Assembly (NCBI GenBank): GCA_950097015.1 | Contig: CATNEN010000039.1 | Location: 20,584,001 to 20,648,000 of the forward strand | Origin: Macrostomum hystrix | Taxonomy: Eukaryota > Animalia > Platyhelminthes | Reading direction: 5' to 3' | DNA length: 64,000 bases | Shown: positions 58,501 through 64,000 of the stretch, piece after piece | Position numbering within the stretch: position 1 is the first letter of the stretch | Layout of the letters: each line of letters starts with the position of its first letter | Translations under genes and position numbers: made by a program | Notes under the pieces: model-generated | What the model was told of the DNA's origin: nothing | The model's input: only the letters and a program-made list of their open reading frames with translations | Databases searched by the model: none

Positions 58501-61500
58501 GTCATAATGTAGGTTTGTTGGTCATACTGTAGGTTTCTTTGTCATACTGTAGGTTTTTTGGTCATAATGTAGGTTTGTTGGTCATACTGTAGGTTTGTTG
58601 GTCATACTCTAGGTCTATTGGTCATACTGTAGGTTTGTTGGTCATACTGTAGGTTTGTTGGTCATACTCTAGGTCTATTGGTCATACTGTAGGATTATTG
58701 GTCATACTGTAGGATTATTGGTCATACTGTAGGTTTGTTGGTCATACTGTAGGATTATTGGTCATACTGTAGGTTTGTTGGTCATACTGTAGGTTTGTTG
58801 GTCATACTGTAGGTTTGTTGGTCATACTGTAGGATTATTGGTCATACTGTAGGTTTGTTGGTCATACTGTAGGTTTGTTGGTCATTCCCAAAATCTCGCT
58901 CTCTATCGCATCTGCTTCACAGGCTGATCAACTTCAGCTATCAGATAGCAATGCGCAGCAAGGACTGGTCGGCTGTGACAGTGCGGCAGTACATTCTTGA
59001 TCGCTTTGATCTGTGGAACTTGCTATTTCCCTACTCAAATATTCGTACAACAGATATTCAAGGTAAGATTGCCTACTGGTGTTTTGATTCTAATAGACAT
59101 CAAACTCTTGTGTTCAAAAAACTTGCTCACTTTATTTCATCCTGCCTTAGTCAATCCAGTTAACCAGTGGTTGCCGCAAACGACACCTACTATTGTGACA
59201 ACTAAGCCTACTCAACTGAGCAGTAGCACTGCGGCATCGACTTTGACACGTACTGTCAGCACTAGAGCTGCAATTGTTGCTTCTACTATCACCTCTACTA
59301 CAGCCACTACTAAAGCTACTACAGCCACTACTACAGCTAAGACTACAGCCACGTCTGCACCCACTGCTACAGCCACTACTACAGCCACTTCTACACCCAC
59401 TGCTACAGCCACAACTACAGCCACTACTACAGCCACTTCTGCACCCACTGCTACAGCCACTACTACAGCCACTTCTACACCCACTACTACAGCCACAACT
59501 ACAGCCACTTCTGCACCCACAACTACAGCCACTACTACAGCCACTTCTGCACCCACTGCTACAGCCACTACTACAGCCACTACTACAGCCACTTCTGCAC
59601 CCACTGCTACAGCCACTACTACAGCCACTACTACAGCCAGAACTACAGCCACTTATGCTACTGCAGCAACGGCAACTCACAAACCCGTGTGTAAGTCGTT
59701 TATTAATGCCATTTAGACGCATTAATATTAGTGAGTAACTATATAGTGAGCACAGTGTGAGAATAGTGAGCACACTTTATTCTCGACTGTTATGCGTTTT
59801 TTAATATGTCCGATTAATAAGGAAAACGTCTCACAAAAATATTCATTTTCAGCCCAGCTACGCGTTCGACACGTGGGTATTGTGGAGATTCGCCTCCAGC
59901 TAAAAAATTGGAACTCGTCCAGTAGTAGTCCAGTTGCCAGGGCCAATATTGAGATACTTAAGGAGACGGTTAGTTTTTTCAAGTCGAGGAACTTTCTTAT
60001 TTTACACTATCACTCTCCTTATAGTCATCAATCAATGACCGTGAACCAATCCATTCTTGTCTGCAGATCCGCGAGTGCCACTATTATGGTTCACTGAAGC
60101 AGCCATTTCAACTGCATGTGATCGACACCAACTTCCAGCTTGTCGGCTTCTCAGAGTGAGTGACAGTGAACCACTCTTAACTTTATAGTTGTGATTTGAT
60201 CTCAGCGAAGACTATTGTACAAATTTAATTTCTCAACTAGTTACTTTTTTCTCAACAGAATCTTTTGGTCCAACAATAGTCGAGCATTGAAACTCAAAGG
60301 GAATAATAATAATTAAAGGAGGGCTGCGGGCAATGGCACATCATTTACACGCACACAGATACTGTACGCAGGCACACGCTCACACAGGTGTGTACATCTG
60401 CCCTGACTTTCTCATCGTCAAGCAGTGTACACTCTCACTGTGCCTTAGAGGTTGGCCCTCAAGGCTGTAAATTGCACGACAAGCCCCCAAGCCTTCTCTC
60501 CGCGGCTGCGCCCAAATGAATGTGGCCTCGCCACGGAATCGAACTTAGAAACCTTGGTGCGAGAGGCAAACACGTTACTATTGTTATTTAAACTTCGCCG
60601 CATAATTAAACCCTACCCGAAACCCTATCCGAAGCCCATCCCAAAATCCAACCCGAAACCCAACCCGAAACCCAACCCGAAACCCAACCCGAAACCCAAC
60701 CTAAAATCCAACCCGAAACCCAACCCGAAATCCAACCCGAAACCCAACCCGAAATCCAACCCAAAACCCAACCCAAAACCCAACCCAAAACCCAATCCGA
60801 AATCCAACCCGAAACCCAACCCAAAATCCAACCCAAAATCCAACCCGAAACCCAACCCAAAACCCAACCCAAAACCCAACCCAAAACCCAACCCGAAATC
60901 CAACCCGAAACCCAACCCGAAACCCAACCCAAAATCCAACCCGAAACCCAACCCGAAATCCAACCCGAAACCCAACCCGAAATCCAACCCAAAACCCAAC
61001 CCAAAACCCAACCCAAAACCCAATCCGAAATCCAACCCGAAACCCAACCCAAAATCCAACCCAAAATCCAACCCGAAACCCAACCCGAAACCCAACCCAA
61101 AACCCAACCCAAAACCCAACCCGAAATCCAACCCGAAACCCAACCCGAAACCCAACCCAAAACCCAACCCAAAATCCAACCCGAAACCCAACCCGAAATC
61201 CAACCCGAAACCCAACCCGAAATCCAACCCGAAACCCAACCCGAAATCCAACCCGAAACCCAACCCGAAACCCAATCCGAAACCCAACCCGAAACCCAAC
61301 CCAAAATCCAAACCGAAACCCAACCCGAAATCCAACCCGAAACCCAACCCGAAATCCAACCCAAAACCCAACCCAAAACCCAACCCAAAACCCAATCCGA
61401 AATCCAACCCGAAACCCAACCCAAAATCCAACCCAAAATCCAACCCGAAACCCAACCCAAAACCCAACCCAAAACCCAACCCAAAACCCAACCCGAAATC

Positions 61501-63765
61501 CAACCCGAAACCCAACCCAAAACCCAACCCGAAACCCAACCCGAAATCCAACCCGAAACCCAAACTAAAATCCAACCCGAAATCCAACCCGAAACCCAAC
61601 CCAAAACCCAACCCGAAACCCAACCCGAAATCCAACCCGAAACCCAACCCAAAACCCAACCCGAAATCCAACCCAAAACCCAACCCAAAACCCAACCCAA
61701 AACCCAACCCAAAACCCAACCCGAAACCCAACCCAAAACCCAACCCAAAACCCAACCCAAAACCCAACCCAAAACCCAATTCAAAACCCAACCCGAAACC
61801 CAACCCAAAACCCAACCCAAAACCCAACCCGAAACCCAACCCAAAACCCAACCCAAAATCCAACCCAAAACCCAACCCAAAATCCAACCCGAAACCCAAC
61901 CCAAAGTCCAACCCGAAATCTAAGCCGAAACCTTACAGGAATGAAACTTCATAGCCACATGTTAAGAAAATGTCTGCCAAAGTATTTTGCCTACTAGCTC
62001 GTCCCTGTACAAATTCTCACCTGTCTTTGCAGTTCGTCAGTGCTGCAATTCACAGCCGAGTACAGCCTGTCTGCCAGCAAGTCGGCCGTGTCCGAAGCTG
62101 AAGTGCAGACAACCTTCTCAATTGGTTGGGAGAATAGAAGTCTAAAGGATTCGCTCAGCAACGCGTTGCTTAATAACATTCAGAGTGAGTACAACCGAAA
62201 GCATAACCTATTCTAGATAAACGAATGAAAAAAAGTGAAAAGTAATACTTAAAAAATGATTTGCTGACCAACAGTTTTGCTGCCGGACAAACCGCAGGAC
62301 GATCGCAAATCTGCGCTAGTATATGCATTTATTATGCTAAACACTACTGACTCCTCTAGCAGTGCTGTGACACTGAAGGTTAAGTCTATGGTAAGAAGAT
62401 AATTCAATAAACTTTCTTTTCACATCGTTTGGTGACACTAGACCCGCAGCTAGCGAGGTGGCAATTCTGCCCATTTCGCTGACTCCTGAGCACACACACA
62501 CAGGTGTGTACATCTGCCCTGACTTTCTCATCGTCAGGCAGTGTACACTCACTGTGCCTTGGAGGTTGGCCCTCAAGGGCGTAAATTGCACGACAAGCCA
62601 CCAAGCCTTCTCTCCGCGGCCGGGCCAACAGTTTTTGTGATGTGGCCTCGCCGTGGAATCCGGCTCCTCAGGGTCCTGTGGTGCGAGAGGCAAACGAGTT
62701 AACCGCTCTGCCACTCACCCCCTGCCTTGGCAGAAGGTCGGGGGTTCGATTCCTGACTCCTTAAGAACAATTTGTGTTCCATAGCAAGACACTTAACTCT
62801 GCATTGCTTCAGTTCACACAGCTGTTAAATGGGTACCAAGCATTCCCTAGGGTTATTGAGTGTGGGTGTGGCGTGACCCCAGTCCATGGACTAAACAGCT
62901 GTACACAGCATTCAGATGCGCCGCGCAATAGCTGCGGCTGTGCTTTTGCTGCATATTGGCCCGTTTTGGGGCAGGTATAGCCATTTGTGGTTAGATTATG
63001 TCTGCCCTTACTTTTACATTCATACATTATTCTAAATTTCTGCTGCTTTTCTACAGCTTAACGCACTCTATCAGAACACGACGATGGTTAAATTGCAACA
63101 CCTGGAACTTCAATTGGCTGACAGGTGATTTTGGTTTCATTTGCAAGCTTTGTAATTGCAAATATATATGGTGTTAAATTTACACGATTGGGGTTAAGTA
63201 GTACGTTAGTTATGAGTGTAGTTGGCACAAAAAGTCTGGCACTAATGTACAAAATCAGGTAATTTTAATAAGCAATTTTTTATAGTTTTGTACAGAATTA
63301 GGTAGTTTTGTACAGAATTAGATAGTTTTGTACAGAATTAGGTAGTTTTGTACAGAATTAGGTAGTTTTGTACAGAATTAGGTAGTTTTGTACAGAATTA
63401 GGTAGTTTTGTACAGAATTAGGTAGTTTTGTACAGAATTAGGTAGTTTTGTACAGAATTAGGTAGTTTTGTACAGAATTAGGTAGTTTTGTACAGAATTA
63501 GGTAGTTTTGTACAGAATTAGGTAGTTTTGTACAGCGTTATGTAGCATAAAAATACATATCTTGCCTATAGACTTCAATTAATGTACTTGTATGCACTTT
63601 TTTTCAGTTCCATACCTTCTCAACTCAGTACGAAGCTACTGCTGGACCTCGAGGTCGACAGTCGTGGTCATATGGTCAGCGAAATCGTCAGCTTTGAGAC
63701 CCACCTCGGCCTGTCTAAGATTCAAAATCAGCAGCTGAGCATCGTGGACGGATTCTTCGCTCACG
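16177..63765 (+). CDS. Giant secreted/cell-surface mucin-like glycoprotein with putative tandem SEA-like modules (partial, continues past window; ~3,440 aa here)
   Basis: 43 GT-AG exons join in phase with no stop: 16177-16219, 18071-18138, 18241-18419, 19636-19757, 22499-22543, 22623-22684, 22783-23683, 24578-24949, 25707-25867, 25947-26196, 28726-28963, 30358-30539, 31533-31758, 31931-32386, 32700-33131, 36302-36742, 37183-37486, 38257-38619, 38898-39162, 39383-39668, 40072-40250, 41650-42108, 43051-43178, 44542-44636, 44722-44873, 44957-45028, 47224-47411, 48571-48659, 48753-48925, 49680-49974, 51707-52130, 52658-53001, 53472-53776, 54701-55281, 58209-58294, 58923-59062, 59160-59690, 59853-59968, 60067-60155, 62033-62184, 62275-62390, 63057-63124, 63608-63765. 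N-terminus [23 protein letters not shown] is a signal peptide. A few acceptors have in-frame alternatives. The SEA assignment is inference. Confidence 0.8.
16271..17003. mobile_element. MITE/foldback element with ~240-bp TIRs and TA flanks (Tc1/mariner-like)
   Basis: 16271-16510 is a near-perfect inverted copy of 16764-17003; ~250-bp spacer; TA at 16269-70 and 17004-05; no transposase ORF. Confidence 0.88.
17161..18048. repeat. 13-nt intronic minisatellite
   Basis: CTCTAGTCCCAAC units, with variant CTCTAGTACTAAC. Confidence 0.96.
18499..19105. repeat. 39-nt intronic minisatellite with two alternating variants
   Basis: ACCAGATACTGGGTGTCAGGGTGG followed by TACAGTAGATTATAC or GGCATAAGATGACGC. 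Confidence 0.95.
19876..20158. repeat. 17-nt intronic minisatellite
   Basis: GTTGGGATATTTTGA(A/T)A units. Confidence 0.95.
20328..22405. repeat. 18-nt intronic minisatellite (~115 copies)
   Basis: GTTGACAATGATCCCCCA and variants; source of the spurious HCQLGD/MIPQLT ORFs. Confidence 0.97.
22972..23672 (+). repeat. Coding tandem repeats in exon 22783-23683: 36-nt x6 ([12 protein letters not shown]) and 60-nt x~5 (Ser/Thr/Pro/Asp-rich)
   Basis: In-frame units inside a phase-consistent exon, directly after RAKR. Confidence 0.9.
23850..24522. repeat. 30-nt intronic minisatellite
   Basis: CCTGACACCTGAGGACACATTTCCTCACTG units. Confidence 0.97.
25030..25627. repeat. (CTCACT)n hexamer microsatellite, intronic
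   Basis: Direct inspection; source of the SH/TL/VR/SE dipeptide ORFs. Confidence 0.97.
26208..26778. repeat. 16-nt intronic minisatellite
   Basis: ACTCAGGACAGCACAT units starting ~12 nt after the donor at 26197. Confidence 0.97.
26811..28605. repeat. Compound 20/22-nt intronic minisatellite
   Basis: GACTGTGAGAGTGGGTGACA grading into GACTGAGAATAG(AG)GTGTGAGA. Confidence 0.96.
29026..30290. repeat. 30-nt intronic minisatellite
   Basis: CCATCCATTAACATCCATCAATATCC(T/A)GTA, built from 10-nt subunits. Confidence 0.96.
30597..31328. repeat. 15-nt intronic minisatellite
   Basis: GAGATTGACAGGGTG units. Confidence 0.96.
32394..32620 (-). mobile_element. SINE family A, degraded copy
   Basis: Shares GCCCATTCGCTGACTCCTGAGCACAC, ACAGGTGTGTACA and GGGACCTTGGCGCGAGAGG with the other copies. 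Confidence 0.75.
33166..34545. repeat. 30-nt intronic minisatellite with a ~300-bp block duplication
   Basis: CCTACTAATGAGCCTCAGAGAACCCTAGAA and variants; 33901-34200 recurs at 34201-34500. Confidence 0.96.
34948..35217 (+). CDS. Nested 89-aa secreted peptide precursor (signal peptide, acidic pro-piece, cationic C-terminus)
   Basis: [22 protein letters not shown] signal-like segment; GC-rich, exon-like codon usage amid AT-rich flanks; TATATA at ~34858; AATAAA at 35400. Lies inside intron 33132-36301 of the giant gene. Confidence 0.7.
   Translation: MHSLLLLLLLLGLSFASLFVQAHSQAADQIEPNINLALSDADDAATIEAKLSSLPSAALRGCYSMRRKFHFRARFRLNRDLMRFYYGKT
35565..36236. repeat. 20-nt intronic minisatellite
   Basis: A(C/T/A)CACAGCTCATACAGTCCC units. 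Confidence 0.97.
37566..37920 (-). mobile_element. SINE family A, near full length
   Basis: Minus strand: GTGGCAGAGCGG A box, GAGTTCGATTCC B box, body, ATT-rich tail. Confidence 0.82.
37921..38179 (+). mobile_element. tRNA-derived SINE family B (CORE-like)
   Basis: GCCTAGTGGTTA A box, GGTTCGATTCC B box, TGTGCCCTTTAGCAAGACACTT, (ATT)n tail; homologous to the copies at 51278 and 62723. Confidence 0.8.
39688..39897. repeat. 24-26-nt C-rich intronic minisatellite
   Basis: AAATCCAAGGTGGCACCCGCCCCC(C)n x ~8; G-run-rich on the minus strand. Confidence 0.93.
40347..41602. repeat. 38-nt intronic minisatellite
   Basis: CCAAACC(C/G)CTCCTCACAATGTACACTGAACTCACTCGA x ~33. Confidence 0.97.
42130..42900. 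repeat. Degenerate 17/23-nt intronic minisatellite
   Basis: CTGTCATCACTGTCACT(GTCCGT) units beginning ~20 nt after the donor at 42109. Confidence 0.94.
43225..44507. repeat. 13-nt intronic minisatellite
   Basis: GACCTGTCCTC(TA/AA/AGA) units; the interruption CTACGGCATGACATA occurs twice (~43302 and ~43924). Confidence 0.97.
45100..47037. repeat. 18/23-nt intronic minisatellite
   Basis: GGTCTACTCTCCCAT(CTCAT)CCT units; source of the 654-aa spurious ORF. Confidence 0.97.
47436..48507. repeat. 14-nt minisatellite grading into a 28-nt minisatellite
   Basis: CTCACTTCTGACAG, then CTCAGTTCTGACACATTATGTTTGACAC. Confidence 0.94.
49025..49662. repeat. 18-nt intronic minisatellite with 27-nt variants
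   Basis: GTCATGGACCATAGA(G/T)TA units. Confidence 0.96.
50068..51253. repeat. 15-nt intronic minisatellite
   Basis: CCTGCTCACCTGACA and variants; a few more units follow the SINE at 51586-51627. Confidence 0.97.
51278..51585 (+). mobile_element. tRNA-derived SINE family B (CORE-like), full length
   Basis: tRNA-like head (TAGCCTAGTGGTTA A box; GGTTCGATTCCC B box), central TGTGTCCTTTAGCAAGACACTTAACTCTGCATTGCTTCAGTTCACCCAGCTGTTAAATGGG, (ATT)n tail. Confidence 0.87.
53050..53403. repeat. 22-25-nt intronic minisatellite
   Basis: CCATCCAGATCCTCAGGAGACA units. Confidence 0.93.
53806..54670. repeat. 16-nt intronic minisatellite
   Basis: TATTGGTCACTCTATN units. Confidence 0.96.
55483..57728 (-). 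mobile_element. 5'-truncated, decayed non-LTR retrotransposon with RNase H and CCHC knuckle (I-group-like), interrupted by a DNA transposon
   Basis: Minus strand: RT-thumb-like [25 protein letters not shown]; RNase [30 protein letters not shown] (W to stop at 57401-03); LYQLR; [19 protein letters not shown]; stop at 55533; (CA)n tail; 11-bp TSD AGATATCTCGT at 55472-82 and 57729-39. Confidence 0.88.
55712..57062. mobile_element. Non-autonomous CMC/EnSpm(CACTA)-like DNA transposon
   Basis: Perfect 22-bp TIR CCCGACCGAAAATAAATGTCCT, 2-bp TSD AT, many subterminal TGTGCCA/TGGCACA motifs at both ends, internal ~146-nt tandem repeat (56683-57025). Confidence 0.85.
58420..58866. repeat. 20-nt intronic minisatellite
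   Basis: GTCATACTGTAGGTTTGTTG units. Confidence 0.96.
59295..59655 (+). repeat. Coding Thr/Ala-rich mucin-like repeat in exon 59160-59690
   Basis: [10 protein letters not shown]-type in-frame units (12/30 nt) within a phase-consistent exon. Confidence 0.9.
60302..60575 (-). mobile_element. SINE family A copy (head truncated)
   Basis: (ATT)n tail, body and AGTTCGATTCC B box match the other copies. Confidence 0.8.
60609..61930. repeat. 12-nt (2x6) telomere-like intronic repeat
   Basis: (C/T)CCAACCC(G/A)AAA; minus strand TTGGGT/TTCGGG; source of the PNPK, GWV and GFGL ORFs. Confidence 0.96.
62421..62722 (-). mobile_element. SINE family A copy
   Basis: Minus-strand head GGGGTGAGTGGCAGAGCGGTTAA and matching body. 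Confidence 0.82.
62723..62985 (+). mobile_element. SINE family B copy (A box missing)
   Basis: GGTTCGATTCC B box, CORE-like block and CAGATGCGCCGCGCAATAGCTGCGG body. Confidence 0.8.
63284..63535. repeat. 20-nt intronic minisatellite
   Basis: GGTAGTTTTGTACAGAATTA units, nearly homogeneous. Confidence 0.96.
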
Positions 63766-63831
63766 GTATACTAATGACCTGATTAGGAACATTGCACCTG
63801 AACTCCTTGCCAATGCTACCCTGGCCTGAAG

Positions 63832-64000
63832 AGTCCTGAGCCACTCCAGTCCTGACCCACTCTAGTCCTGACCCACTCTAGTCCTGACCCACTCCAGTCC
63901 TGACCCACTCTAGTCCTGACCCTCTCTAGTCGTGACCCACTCTAGTCCTGATCCACTCTAATCCTGACCCACTCTAATCCTGACCCACTCTAATCCTGAC
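63832..64000. repeat. 16-nt intronic minisatellite (runs off window)
   Basis: GTCCTGACCCACTCTA units. Confidence 0.93.

Noticed and set aside
20193-61954. Long repetitive ORFs (HCQLGD 619 aa, SHSH, SLSHL 446 aa, 654-aa HPGLLS, MDHR, TPAHL/CQVSR, PNPK/GFGL)
   Set aside because: They are translations of tandem arrays, open in several frames and on both strands, and lie within phase-consistent introns of the giant gene.

Overview
Intron-rich animal genomic DNA. GC-rich exons, dense 13-50 nt minisatellites and an intronless divergent peptide-type GPCR would fit a Macrostomum-like flatworm, but that assignment is inference only. Genes reconstructed by hand from GT-AG sites and phase continuity: (1) RNF121/RNF175 RING-H2 membrane E3 ligase, 5 coding exons, 1209-5657 (+); (2) UBE2K/HIP2 E2 with UBA domain, 2 coding exons, 8925-10020 (+); (3) single-exon class A orphan GPCR, 13449-14546 (-); (4) an unrecognised giant secreted or cell-surface glycoprotein starting at 16177 (+) and running off the right edge. 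Gene 4 has 43 phase-consistent exons, about 3,440 aa inside the window, a signal peptide, two furin-type sites, two Thr/Ser mucin repeats and apparent SEA-like modules. Its introns fall into two main classes: about 80-100 nt, or kb-sized because each holds a different private minisatellite. One intron carries a same-strand 89-aa ORF with signal peptide, acidic pro-piece and cationic tail. Another holds a CACTA/EnSpm-like element nested in an RNase H-bearing LINE. Also present: two tRNA-derived SINE families (one with a CORE-like domain), a hAT MITE and a TA-flanked long-TIR MITE. Most long ORFs in the supplied track are translations of non-coding tandem repeats.
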